From positions 14,298,651 to 14,362,650 of the forward strand of contig CM120647.1 of assembly GCA_051362555.1 (NCBI GenBank): a DNA stretch of 64,000 bases. The letters run 5' to 3'. Below the pieces are notes generated by a model. The model was not told the DNA's origin and did not search any database. It saw nothing but the letters and a program-made list of their open reading frames with translations. Position 1 is the stretch's first letter. Every line of letters begins with the position of its first letter. Below, piece after piece: positions 1 through 12,466 of the stretch. A program made the translations under genes and the position numbers. This DNA comes from Lingula anatina (Eukaryota > Animalia > Brachiopoda).

Positions 1-1
1 A

Positions 2-3000
2 CTTGAAGGGTTTTTCTACGGCAACAGCCCCTCTGCGTTTCACAGCGCATGGAAAATTCTGGATGAGCGTTACGGACATCCTTTCCTAGTACAGAAAGCC
101 TTCCGAGACAAACTAGACACGTGGCCTAAGATCCCAACCAACGACCCTGTAGCTCTGAGGGACTTCGGTGATTTTCTACAAGCCTGCCATGATGCAATTC
201 CACACGTGCCTAATCTGCGCATTTTAAACGATTGTACAGAAAACCAGAAGCTCATCGCCAAACTACCAGAGTGGGTGACAGTGAGGTGGAACCGTGAAGT
301 GACGCAGTGTATTGACATTACAGGTGAATACCCTCCCTTTCAGATGTTTGTGGAGTTTGTGACCAAGGAAGCCAGAATTGCCTGTAACCCGATTTCGTCG
401 ATACACGCCCTCAACGCTACGAAGACTGCTGCTGCTGCTCACAAGGTCAAAGGTAATGCCAACGTTCTTACCACTACCTCCAGTCCTCCTGTGTATGTTT
501 GCAGTTACTGTCAGAAAGGACATTTCATTTCACAGTGTGAAAATTTTCGATCTCTGACACTTGATCACAAACGCACTTTTATTCGTGAGAACAATCTATG
601 TTACGGGTGTTTACGTCACGGCCATCACAACAACACTTGTAAAAGGAAACTAAGATGCGAAAAATGCCAGGGAAGACATCCCACGTGTTTACATGATGAC
701 AACTTTAGGTTAGCTCGCCCACAACCTACAACAGAGTACCAGGTAGCAAATTCTCTTCAGATTGACCAAGGTAAAGATGACAGCACCTCCATGATAGTTC
801 CGGTGTGGGTTTCCAGTAGGGAAAATCCGTCAAAGGAAATCCTGACGTATGCTCTCTTGGACACACAGAGCGACACTTCCTTTATTCTACAAGAGACGGC
901 TACAGCATTGCAGATTACCGGACAGCCCGCACGTTTATCGTTGTCAACAATGACCGCCTCAAACACAGTTATTAACAGTTCCCGGATTTCCAGTTTACAA
1001 GTAAGAGCCTTCAACTCATCTGAAATTGTACCCATCAATGCCTGTTTCACCAGAGATTTCATACCAGCAAATCGATCTCACATTGCAGTGACGGAAACAG
1101 TTAGTAAGTGGCCACATTTACAGCAACTTAGTGCCGAGTTACCACCCCTACAGTCATGTGAGGTAGGACTTTTGATCGGGTACAACTGTCCGATGGCTCT
1201 AGCTCCCAGAAAGGTCTTAATTGGAAAAGAAAATCAGCCTTTTGCAGTCAGGACTCTGCTTGGTTGGAGCGTGGTGGGATACTCTACTCCTCCAAGTGCC
1301 AATGTCAACGTTGTCATTGCTCATCGTACAGCCGTCAAAGAACTACCTCAGTGTTCTTCAAAAGAAGTCATCAGAGTAATAGAAAAGGACTTCGCTCATG
1401 ACAAAGGCAGCGTTGCTGAAATCTCCAAATCACCACGGTTGACTGGACCCTCCTTCCCTAGGCAACGGCAGGTGAACCTGGAACGTGTCACTACAGAACT
1501 ACAGTTGGGAGATCCAGAGGTGAGAGCCTTTTCATTGTGTACTGATACGTCTACAATGCCTAATATCCTTGAACTCTTCACGAGATTATCTTGTTCGTGG
1601 AAAACCGTGTCTGAGATGGGGAGGATCCAACGAATTGCAAATGGTGTAAATGGAACACAGCCTCTGACTATTGAAGAAAGAGGAAAGGCAGAAAAATCTC
1701 TTGTTATGCTTACCCAACGCGATGCATTTCCAGACGCATTCAGTGCCCTCGATGCAGCTACCACGTTACTTAAGACGCATCAGCTTCACCCCCAAGATCT
1801 GGTTCTTGAAGATGGTCTTCTTCGAGACGGCGGCCGATTACGGAAAGCAGGTTTTCCAACGCCATTAAAACGTCCATCCATCCTACCAAAGAATCATCAT
1901 GTTACGCGACTGATTCTTGATTATGCTCACACGGACTCCCAACACCAGGGCAGAGGTATGACTCTCAACAAGCTTCGTTCCCTTGGTTTTTGGATTGTAG
2001 GTGGCAGCAAAGTCGTCGCAAAATTCATTAGTCAGTGTGTTACTTGCAGAAAATTGAGAAGGCCGACCGAGTCCCAGAAAATGGCAGATTTACCCAAGGA
2101 TCGCGTAGAACCAACGCCACCCTTCACCTACTGCGGTATAGACTGTTTTGAGCCTTTTCTCGTTAAACAGGAACGCAAAGAAATGAAAAGGTATGGACTT
2201 TTGATAACTCGTATGTGTTCACGTGCAATTCACATCGAGTTGTTAGATGACATGTCAACTGATTCTTTCATCAACGCTTTACGGTGTTTCATTGCGATTC
2301 GTGGTGCTGTTAGACAGATCCGTTCAGACCAAGGTTCCAACTTCATTGGTGCGATTAACGAATTTCAACATCGAGTGGACAGCAACAAGATAGCAACGTT
2401 TCTAACCAAAAGACAATGTGACTTCATTCTTAATGCGCCCCACGCAAGCCACACTGGAGGAGTGTATGAGAGGCAAATAAGAACTGTGAGGGAAATTCTT
2501 AATTCCGTGCTTCAATTGTGCCCAGGTAGAATGGACGATTCATCTCTCAGGACCGTTTTCTACGAGGTCATGTCGATCGTCAATAGCAGACCATTAACAG
2601 TGAGTGAAATCAATGATCCGAAAACTCTCGAACCGCTCACTCCAAATCACATTTTGACCGCCAAGGCTGATATACCGTTTCCTCCTCCAGGTAATTTCGT
2701 CAGGGAAGATCTCTTTCTACGAAAGCGCTGGAGACGCGTCCAATATTTGCTAGAACAGTTTTGGTCTAGGTGGAAAAAGGAATACATCAGTCAAATATCT
2801 CTGCGACAGAAGTGGCATGAACCTCGTCGTAATATGCAGAAAGGAGATGTTGTTTTGATCAAAGATATAGAACTTCCTCGAAACCAGTGGCCTCTGGCTC
2901 GAGTGGTGGAAGCCAATGCAGACGATGACGGACTTGTGAGAAGAGTTAAAGTCAGAACGGGTTGTTCTGGAACTTTGCGATCTTCCATTCTTGAGCGAAA

Positions 3001-3034
3001 TGTACAAAAACTGGTATTATTGGTTGAAAATTAA
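2..3034 (+). mobile_element. BEL/Pao LTR retrotransposon gag-protease-integrase ORF (5'-partial; RT/RNase H deleted)
   Basis: Frame is open from base 2 (LEGFFYG...AWKILDERYGHP). It has three Zn knuckles (CSYCQKGHFISQC, CYGCLRHGHHNNTC, CEKCQGRHPTCLH), protease ALLDTQS, integrase HHCC (H..QHQG...CVTC), DDE core (GIDCF, SDQGSNF, YERQI) and the Pao C-terminus LRKRWRRVQYLLEQFWSRW. No YxDD RT motif is present. Confidence 0.95.
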
Positions 3035-3366
3035 AGTGTTTACATGTGTACATACATTATAGTGACATTACTACAATGACTTTATTGCAGTGACAGTGAT
3101 ATATTTTTGATGATAATGGACACTATTGGAACGAGTCTACATATTTGCTTAAAATGATTATATATCATTGAAAGACTGGATTCATTAAGTTTATTTGTAT
3201 AACGTACATTGCTTCAATAAGGGAAAGCCAGCAGTAACCGTTTAATGGTTCATTTACATTTAATTTACTGTTTTTCTAATTGCTAGCATTCAGTGGTAAT
3301 TACGTATTCATAACGTAGCAGTTAGATTTCTTTATTTACTTAAAATCATTTTGATTTTGGTGGGAG

Positions 3367-3466
3367 TGTAACTGCCCGCAACATTTTATTTTATTTTATT
3401 TATTTATTTATTTCTCATTATTCATTCGAAGTACATTTTCCGTTCTTTCTCTGTTTACTCTTTCTC

Positions 3467-3497
<31 letters not shown>

Positions 3498-4085
3498 ACT
3501 AATTATAACGTTACAGGCCACCGCACTTACCTAACCGCACCGTCACATGCCTGTACCACACCCTGCACTGAACAGTTTTCATTCCACAACGTATATAAGG
3601 CCTCCTCTCTATTTCTTTTTGCTCACTTCACTTTCTTACACAGAACGATACGGGTACTCTAACGACACCATTTTTAGCACACCCAGTCGGAGGAAAAGGT
3701 AACTATTTCAACGATAACGTAAACTTCTCTGGCTTTGGGTATTTCAACGTTTCTATCTATCCTTTTATAACGATATTAGCACACTTGGTCGGGGGTAAGG
3801 CAAATTATTTCAACGCTAAAGTAACGTAAACTTCTCCGGCTTTGGGTCTTTGCAACGTTTCCGTCTATCCTTTCTCTTACACTTTCGTATGTACTTCGTG
3901 TAAATTTGTTATCAATTTTTAGGTTATTTTGTATTTAAATTTGTTTTCAGTATTTTTCGCTACAATTTTTGTTCTGTTATTTATTTTGTTTTATTTTATT
4001 TTCTTTCAGTTTTACGTTTGAATTTAATAAAATTCAACCAGTTAGAGACTTCCTTTATTTGACTGAGTGCAGCTACAGCAGTACA
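3367..4085 (+). mobile_element. 3' LTR of the BEL/Pao element
   Basis: Follows a PPT-like ggtgggag (3359-3366). Termini tgtaactgc...gcagtaca form an imperfect TG..CA inverted repeat. TATATAA is at ~3592, AATAAA at 4026, and there is an internal ~105 bp duplication (3685-3870). Sequence after ~4140 is homologous to intron 1 of the MS4A-like copies. Confidence 0.85.
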
Positions 4086-4247
4086 CAAGTACAAGTGATA
4101 ATTCTACATATTAATATAAAAAAACATAAAATCAACAAAATAATAAAATGAGATTTACCATGAGAAATGACACCCACTCTCTTTTTGTCCACACCAAAAT
4201 GTTAAATTCAACAACTGTGTAGAAGTACTACTACTAAAACACTATAC

Positions 4248-4859
4248 CAGGCCTACCCTACTACCAGACTCGGCACATAGGGATCCTGAATTAACCGGTA
4301 TATCGCACCACACTACCCGTTTTCAAGGTGTGTGTCATAACGCATTTCGGAGTATCAGTGAGAACATCGACAGGATGAGCCCACGCTAGGGTGTCACCTT
4401 GATTGGATAGTGAACGGTTGTCGTAAAATCGCTATATGCATAAATTTGAAAACCACCTAGAACAACCTTAGACTGCCACATTAATCTAATACAGTGCAAA
4501 AAAGCCCTATCAAAAGTGGTTAAAGCATTCAAACCGAATGTCGTAAAGTCCCCGTATACCCCCATAGAGACAATAAAATAGAGTACTCTAAAGTAAGAGT
4601 ACAGTCTAAGGTTGTTGTAGGTGTTTTTCAAATTTATGCACTCGGTTTTAAAATCATATGGAGATTTTACGACAATCGTGTACTATCCAATCAAGCTGAC
4701 AGCCGAGCGTGGATGAGCCCGCGGTCGTCCTACAAAATTTGTTCTGGGGTGTGATGCTCCGAAATTCGATCTGACGCACCTTGAAAACGGGTAGTGTGGT
4801 CCGATATACCACTTAATTCAGGATCCTTATGTGCCGAGTCTGGTAGTTTGGTAGGCCTG
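4248..4859. mobile_element. MITE with ~100 bp TIRs (caggcctacc...ggtaggcctg), 5-bp TSD tatac
   Basis: TIRs are visible. tatac lies on both sides, and the empty site acactatacgctc is present in copy B at ~26844. A right-end fragment also occurs at ~23352-23446. Confidence 0.85.
4382..4711. mobile_element. Nested MITE with 8-bp TSD gatgagcc
   Basis: ~50 bp imperfect TIRs cacgct..tgtca.cttgattggatagt / actatccaatcaagctgacagccgagcgtg. gatgagcc occurs at 4374-4381 and 4712-4719. Confidence 0.8.
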
Positions 4860-4914
4860 TATACGCTCAAGTTTTTTTTCATAGAATTGCACCTACGGCT
4901 AACTCGCAACTTAA

Positions 4915-5560
4915 AGCAGTAATAACTCTTCCATAGAGATTCAAAACTCCGCAAGAAATACATAGTAAACAACGCATGGAAATATATTATATTGCATTTT
5001 ACCACTAAAACGGCTTTTATTGTAGTAAAACTAAAATCTCTGCATTTCAATAGGGCTTTCTGTGCCTTTCTTCCCGGTCGACAAGGCATACGTTGCCAAT
5101 GACGTTGGGGTGTCACGCGGATTCTCGCGTTTATTCGAGACCAAAATAACATATGACACCATAAGAAAGCAGACACGTGATGCAATCCGCAGACGTAAGT
5201 TGCGAGTTTTTGTACAGTGCGTCGGATAACGAAAAGTTCAGAATTGCACACACTGTAGATATAAGTGCACTTTGACCAATAAGACGATTATATCTTATGA
5301 ATCTTATATTATTGTTATATACTGTAGTGTTGTTGTTGTCTGCTTTTCCCGCGGTTTTAAGTAGGTCACCAGAAAATGTCGCTCGATATCGCGTGACTGT
5401 GCAATGTAGAAATTTTAACAAAAATCCAAACGTTTAGGAAAAAACACTGGACTAACTTTGAATGCAGGAATGGGGTCGTTGACCATTGGTAAGTACGGGA
5501 AAATTGCCGTTTACTCCAAGTAAATCCAATTTTTGGCCAAAACGAAGAGTTATTATGACT
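4915..5560. mobile_element. TTAA-targeting (Kolobok-like) non-autonomous element, long version
   Basis: TTAA on both sides. TIR ag..taataactctt / aagagttatta..ct. Empty site gacttaaataaacgac is seen in copies B and C. Confidence 0.8.
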
Positions 5561-5737
5561 TTAAATAAACGACTGAAAAGTTGCTTGAATGAAATCCAAC
5601 GCCGCACTGTTTGATCACCGTTGTTTTGATATCGCGACAGGCACAATGCAAAATCTAGGGTTCGAAAATAGCATGGATAGCAAGCACAGGTGTGGCAAAG
5701 CGAAAGTAATTGTGGATATCACACCTGAACTTAACGT

Positions 5738-6589
5738 ATGGGCGGCCAAAAGGGCAAAAAATCATGTCGTCGATTCAGTTATGTTTCGTCGATTCACTGC
5801 CTTCGCCATCGATTCAGTTTCAAGTTTAAACGATCCTGTCATAAATTCACCATCTACTTTCGTCGATTCAACTGTCAAACATTTCTCATCTACGGTGTAT
5901 TAAAACCAATGCTGTCACTATTTTCGTCGATCGTGTAACTATTCTCGTCGATCGTCCAACTAATCTCGTCGATCGTGTAACTATTCTCATCGATCGTCTA
6001 TTCTCGTCGATCGTCTCATTGATCGATCGCCAGAGGGCGCTGCGGTAGCACATTGGCCTATCACATGACTATCAAAATGGCAGACAACAAAATGATTGCT
6101 AGTGAAATAAGAACATTTTCTCAACAATTTCAATTTTAGTTGTTAATAATAAAAAGATATTCGGTTGTAGGGACATTATTTTCTAGTTGTGCTTAACTCT
6201 GACCATGGCTGGCCGAGTTAAAAACTACCGCGTGATTGACAGACAGAAGCACGTGTTGCTACCGCTGCGCCCTCTGGCGATCGATCGATGAGATGATCGA
6301 TGAGAATAGTTACACGATCGACGAGATTAGACGATCGACGAGAATAGTTACACGATCGACGAAAACAGTTTGACGATCGACGAGATTAGTTACACGATCG
6401 ACGAAAATAGTGACAGCATTGGTTTTAATACACCATAGATGAGAAATGTTTGACAATTGAATTGACGAAAGTAGATGTTAAATTTATGACAGGATCGTTT
6501 AAACTTGAAACTGAATCGATGGGAAGGCAGTGAATCGACGAAACATAACTGAATCGACGACATGAATTTTTGCCCTTTTGGCCGCCCAT
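5738..6589. mobile_element. Foldback/Mutator-like element, ~850 bp near-palindrome
   Basis: atgggcggccaaaagggcaaaaa...tttttgcccttttggccgcccat with arms of ~300 bp carrying tandem tcgtcgatcg units. TSD is acttaacgt (7-9 bp depending on the boundary) and is single-copy at the empty site in B, C and D. Confidence 0.9.
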
Positions 6590-6628
6590 ACTTAACGTTT
6601 AAGTCTAAATATTCTCATCTTTGTCTTT

Positions 6629-6703
<75 letters not shown>

Positions 6704-7200
6704 ACATGTTTACACTTTCGGTATGAACATTTATGTACCCCCCCCCCTTAAAGTCAGACAAAAATGACTGTAAAGAGAGGTACATTTCGTTGGCGAGGTG
6801 TTTCACTTTGAGTCCGCCATTTTTTATTTATTATTTATTATTATTATTATTTTGTTTTTGTGTGTATAACTGATACATATTTCAAATGGTATTAAGGTGT
6901 AGTAATATACCATATATTTTGTCAATCCTACAAGGTCCATTTTACATCCTTTGCGACAGCAAAGAGCGAGTATCACCACAAACGATTCGCTCAAATGCTG
7001 TTTTGTCAAGAGTCGCCACACCAAAAGCAATTTAATTACGTGTTTTTACTTGAATAAAACTAATCGAAGAAACAATAACTGTGTAAAAAAATATGACGTT
7101 TACCTAAACTCTTCTTCCCTTGCTGACAGAGAAAGAGAAAGAGGGGGAGAGGGAGAGATGGCAAGGGACGTACTTAGCAGATATCGTCTCCTTGACTTAC

Positions 7201-7380
7201 CTGAGTGTTTTTCAAATTAGATCGTGTAGCCGGTTTTCCTTTTCGTCTAAACCGTCTTCACCGCCTAGCCAGCCAGTCAGCGCCCTATCTTCACAGAATG
7301 GTTTCAGGTAATAAACAACACTTAAAAACTAATTCCCACTTATGAGCACACATGAATGTTGCACCACTTAGTTATAAAGC
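7201..7380 (-). promoter_or_regulatory. Non-coding exon 1 and core promoter of MS4A-like copy A (coding exons lie left of the window)
   Basis: Donor cag|gtaagt at 7200. Inr-like tcataag at ~7340-7346 and TATA-like tttataa at ~7372-7378 on the minus strand. The block is conserved at 27593, 38283 and 63884. Confidence 0.7.
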
Positions 7381-9058
7381 TTGTCCCTAGCCGTGCCCTC
7401 AGTATGCAGCCTGAACCGATTCATATGACATGACCTAAATCTTTGTTGAATCAATGGCTGCCGCTTCTTTGGTAAACATGACACAAGGGCAAAACTGTTT
7501 AGTCTCGATGGCTTGGAGACATGATAAAAATGTTGTTCTCCAGATTTGTATCCACTAATCAGTTAATTACATATTTCTGTTAACAGTTACATTTATTCCG
7601 AGCTCGAAAAATGGATTTTTTTGTCATCGGGGTCAATGTTTTTCAATACTAAGCCCGCGGTATGGACTAAACATAATGCAGGGCGCGCATTGTATTGAAC
7701 AATGGCTTTTACAGGCTAAAGAAAGAAATGCACTTGCAGCATTCCTAAGTGCCGTTATAGGGGTAAGGGTATAATTGCAAAGTCAAATTGGAGAAAAATC
7801 TTGTAAGCTGCTGTGGTATCAGTGGCACAATACCTACGCGTGCCACTTTTTTTAATGGGACCGACATATGTTACAGTTATCGTTAACATTTTGCATTTAA
7901 TTCATTTCGTTCAATAAGGCTCCTATAAAAGCATTGTATGCTTTTAACACTTAGGGCGTGTTAACGAAAGTTAAGAAAAACAGGAGATGAGGTGGTTTGG
8001 TAAGCTTCAACTATATTTTTTTTTTTTTTTTTTTTTTTTGAGGAATTACATGTGGAAGGGGGGGGGCAGTATGGTTATTTACATTTTACCTGGGGTAATT
8101 GTTGCTACCAAAGTATTTTTCCAATTAAATAAAAATGCAAAGAAAACTCTGATGACCTCAAATTAAGGGCTAATCCCGCTTGTTCACCACACCATTAGGT
8201 TTATAGGGTGAAAAAAATAAACCATTCTTATAAGATGTATTGCTTCTACCCCTTACATGTGCGTCCCGTGATCGGATGTTTTGATTCTGAAATGTTTCAA
8301 TGAAGCAAGAAATCAACAGAATATCCGAATTCTTGTCAGTGTTTCGTATGTTCACGAATGGTTACCCCCCTTCCCCCTCCCCCCCTCCCCAGCCCAGTAC
8401 GTATATTTGAAATATTAGCAAGCTTAAGGCTACCTTTTAACGAAGTCCAAAATAGAAGACTATATGTATTATCTGCAACTGTATCACATAACTTCCTTAG
8501 AAATATGGCAAGCTATTACACTTGTTTTCAATTTATTATATTTTATTGAAGGAATGGGTATAAAACAAAAACATATATGTCTTTCCCTATGTTTCATTAC
8601 TTTGTTTGCGTCTTTCTCTTTTTTCTTGGAAATAAGAACATATGATTAAAGGGTGCTTTCCCAGAGATTTAGATCGATCTAAAGATTAAGTTTTAGATCG
8701 ACCTAACTCCCTGGGGGTTCACGCTAAATTTCAGTCAGCCGAGCGGGCACCATAGTTAATTACCCCCTTACAGCTTTTAGTTGGCGGGACAGACGCTTAA
8801 GCCGGCCAAGCTGACAGTAATCTAGTGAGACTCCCCACAGGGATAGATCGATCTTAAAATCTATGGAAATGAGGTGAAAAACACTGTTCCAAGTTACTTT
8901 TTGTGCTTCCAAGGGTCCGCTGAACAGTATTTTGCTCTCTAATTAAATAGTTTTGAAAATTCAAATTCAGCTTTTAAAAGCGTTTATTAGACTTTGATGA
9001 GTTGCTTAATAATGCAAGGATCTGTGTTTTTATTATATGGAATCGAGTTTTGATTGTT

Positions 9059-9226
9059 CAGGGGCGGATCCAGAGATATATTCTGACAGTCTTCCAAATT
9101 ATCTTTATTAATCTATCCTCCATTTTTGACCGTCTTCCAACAGAAAAAAATTAGATACCCGTCAATGTAAACTTGAAAATCTGACCGTCTTCCAGAAGAC
9201 CCAGAAGACGGCCTAGATCCGCCCCT
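9059..9226. mobile_element. Short MITE caggggcggatc...gatccgcccctg
   Basis: TIRs are visible. Related ends occur at 14511-14790, ~36480-36597 and ~39466-39733. Confidence 0.7.
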
Positions 9227-9289
9227 GTTGTTGTTCGACTGTTGACCTCGTAAGTGTACACTTATTGAGACCGTATGAGAGCCATTGGA

Positions 9290-9841
9290 TTAGACTACTT
9301 TCCCGTACAAATTTGCCCCTTCCATGGTGTCGCCTGTAAGGAACAGCAAATGATTTATAACCATTTCATTTTTGCTAATAGCACCATTTTTGTCGGAATC
9401 CATTTCAGAGAAAATTTCTGCAGAAAACGTAGCGTGGAAAATCTTGAGAAAATCGGCATACTCTTTTGCCCCAAGAGCGTCATCCCCGTTTTCATCTACC
9501 ACCTCAAAGAACGTAAGAGTCCATTGGTCTTCAATGTCCAGATTATGTCGATCAACCATTTTTTCAATGATTCCGGCTTTGTTTTTGATCATACCTTTTG
9601 CGGTAACGCTTTCTAAGTTATCGTCGTTCATAATCTCTTTCCACCACTTGTCCCATGCGGTCTGCAAATAAGCTCTCATTTTTTCTTCCTTCTCGGCAGA
9701 CTTCGTTATTGCTCTTACTCTTGCTGCCATCATATTTACGTATTCGTTTTTATCCAGCTTTCCATCTCCGTTTATGTCCAAGTTGGCTATGACAAATCTC
9801 CATTTGGCAGTCCAAATATCACTTGGTGTCTCTTCTTGTAC
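9290..9841 (-). CDS. EF-hand protein of the sarcoplasmic Ca-binding protein / coelenterazine-binding protein / photoprotein family (main exon; first exon not identified)
   Basis: Three canonical EF loops (DINGDGKLDKNE, DENGDDALGAKE, DSDKNGAISKNE) with degenerate EF-II. N-terminus SDIWTAKW, C-terminus LYGKVV. Acceptor tctcttacag precedes 9841. Confidence 0.85.
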   Translation of the reverse strand, partial: VQEETPSDIWTAKWRFVIANLDINGDGKLDKNEYVNMMAARVRAITKSAEKEEKMRAYLQTAWDKWWKEIMNDDNLESVTAKGMIKNKAGIIEKMVDRHNLDIEDQWTLTFFEVVDENGDDALGAKEYADFLKIFHATFSAEIFSEMDSDKNGAISKNEMVINHLLFLTGDTMEGANLYGKVV

Positions 9842-9949
9842 CTGTAAGAGAAACATGCAATCATCATCTTATGATTAAGGTTCTATCAATTTTCACCGTT
9901 ATTAATGTCCCCATGTTATTTTATCTATTATAATGATATAATATTTTTT

Positions 9950-9988
<39 letters not shown>

Positions 9989-10737
9989 ATGTGCCTTGCT
10001 AGTCGGTGCTCAGAGCATCACTGTTTACTGCCCGTGGCTTTCTCACATATGAGACAGAATTATAGTGTGTAGTTCTGTAGCGAGCAGTACTGTTTTATGG
10101 ATCTTATTAGTATTTACTATTGAATTATAAACATGAACCTGAACTGCTAACACTGACCTTCCAATTCAACATTAGTTTAGCCAAATTGGATGTTTTTGTA
10201 ACGCCAAACAACAAAAAATGACAAACTTGTTTTTTTTTTTCATGCCTTATCCGAGAAATATTTCATTACATAAAGAAAAAACTTTGGTAAGTCATCACAT
10301 GTAATTTTTATACCTTTTTATCCCGTATAACCAGTGTGGAACCACTCGCCAACATGGCAACGGAAACGGTTATCAATAGACTGCAGAACATCTTGATTGG
10401 GTGCAAGTCTTCTTACAGAGGTTATATTCCAAGATCTGAAAGATATCAATTGAACCCCTCGTTATGGTCGCTCACAAAACCATCTCACATTCTCCAATTA
10501 ATATAATTAATCAGCGGGCCTATATACAGCAGTTCATTGGTGAGTCTGAGGAGGCGTTTCAACACATTTACGTTGCTCAAGGCACCTGATCACACCGTCA
10601 GTTGGACCAATATGGACATCTTGGACCGTGAGCCCCTTGGTTCAACCGAAGGGTGTAGGGGCCGTCTACATTAGGGCCCAGAGATCTTCACTGACTGCGG
10701 AAGGCGCAACCTGTCTCACATCAGGGACAGTGTTATA

Positions 10738-11020
10738 CCCGCACGAAAATGCAGTAGTATCGAAGTAGCAAAAAAGCATTAACGCAGTAGTGGTGTGGAG
10801 CATATTTGCAGTAGAAATGCAGCATAGCCTACTGCAATTCTACTCCAAAAAGTACATAGGTTTGTACAGAGAGGAGCATTAATGCAGTAGATTAGCAGCA
10901 TGATAGAAGCATGTTTCAAATATGCTAATTAGCTCCCAAATCGAAGCAGATTTGAAGCATGTTTGCAGTATGATTGCAGTAGTCTACTGCACTGGAGTAT
11001 CTACTGCGATTTCTTGCGGG
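10738..11020. mobile_element. MITE cccgca.gaaa...tttcttgcggg with TA flanks
   Basis: TIRs, TA on both sides and internal tgcagtag/ctactgca repeats. Confidence 0.7.
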
Positions 11021-12129
11021 TAGCGTGTAGTTCTGTAGCGAGTTGTACTGTTTTATGGATCGTATTAGTATTTATTAATTATTTATAAGTACATTACTTT
11101 TATCCACAAACGCAAAGAACAAAAAGGTGATTTACCTTGGCTGTCCCAAACAATCGTATGTATTCTACCGACTTCGTTGATCAGCAAAGGAATAAGAGAA
11201 AACTACGCAATAATTATTTTATGTTGGAAAAGCTTTCCCATCCCATGGTGGTAATTAGCATGATAAAGACGCCAGGTGATGATCAGACGTTGCGTGTTGT
11301 TCGGTTTTTGTAACAAATATATCTACATCCTTTTCAAATCATTTTAACATGTTTGTGTATGTGATAATACATCCATTTCGAAATATTTGATATGCTACAT
11401 TATTTGAACAGGTATTATGATTTCTGAATATAAGATTTAAGGAAAACTGGTCTGTTTACTAACTGGGCTCCCACAAGTCCATATACTTCTATACAAAAGA
11501 CAAGTGAGAGTGCTAATACTACTTTTTTAAAATCTCAGTCAAAATTTCTTTGAAATCGTGGTCACCATTGTGGATAAATAGCACCAGGTCTACACGTGCG
11601 TATATTACTGTCTGTCTGTCTTTCTGCCTGTCTGTCTGTCTACGTATGTCTGTTAAATAATGTAGAATGTATGAAATGTGTTACTCAAGTTAGCACTTAC
11701 AAAAAGGCCATAAACACTCACTCGCGCGCACTGCGCACTTACACTCACACAGACAAACATGCATACAACAATATGTTTGCATGCATTCTTCTTGATATAA
11801 ACATTAAGTTCCATTATATAAGTTGGAGAAGAAAACCAATATATGAATCTGATCGGCATCTATGTTTTAAACCGGTGTATTAGTAATCCAAGTCCCCCAG
11901 CAACCGAGGTCCGTAGTGCCGTAGTCCGTAGGACCTCGGTTCCTGGAAATGGTTGTCAGTAGGACTAACATTACTTGGGAATAGTAGTCCTACAGGACTT
12001 AGGTTCCTGGCTCATAATTAGAGTAGGTAGGACTTGTATTACTGGTGGACTTTTATTCCTGTTACACCTATGACAGTAATGTTAGTCCGGCCTTTTGAAA
12101 GTCCTATCCTAATGCAATAATACGATTAA

Positions 12130-12466
12130 AGCAATAATAACTCTTCGTTTTGGCCAAAAAATGAATTTTCCTGGAGTAAACAATAATTTTCCCATACTTA
12201 CCAATGGTTAATGAATCCATTTTTACATTCAAAGTTAGTCCCTGGTTTTTTTCTAAAAAGTTTGGTTTTTTGTTAAAATCTCTTAAGAGATTTTAACAGA
12301 GTATAGGCATCAATGGAGGTCACGTGGTCTAAAGACAAGTTCAAATATCAGAATAAAAGCTATAACTGCTGTTTTTGTGGTAAAACAGAATATATTATAT
12401 TTCTATGAGTTATTCACAAGGTTTTTATTGTGAAATATAGATCTCATACGAAGAGTTATTATCCCT
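12130..12466. mobile_element. Kolobok-like MITE (TTAA TSD)
   Basis: TTAA at 12126-12129 and 12467-12470. TIR taataactcttcg / cgaagagttatta. Closely similar to 52876-53210. Confidence 0.8.

Noticed and set aside
5900-6420. Short periodic tcgtcgatcg repeats resembling a CRISPR array
   Set aside because: Units are ~20 bp without unique spacers and are mirrored in both arms of a foldback transposon. The DNA is eukaryotic and no cas genes are present.
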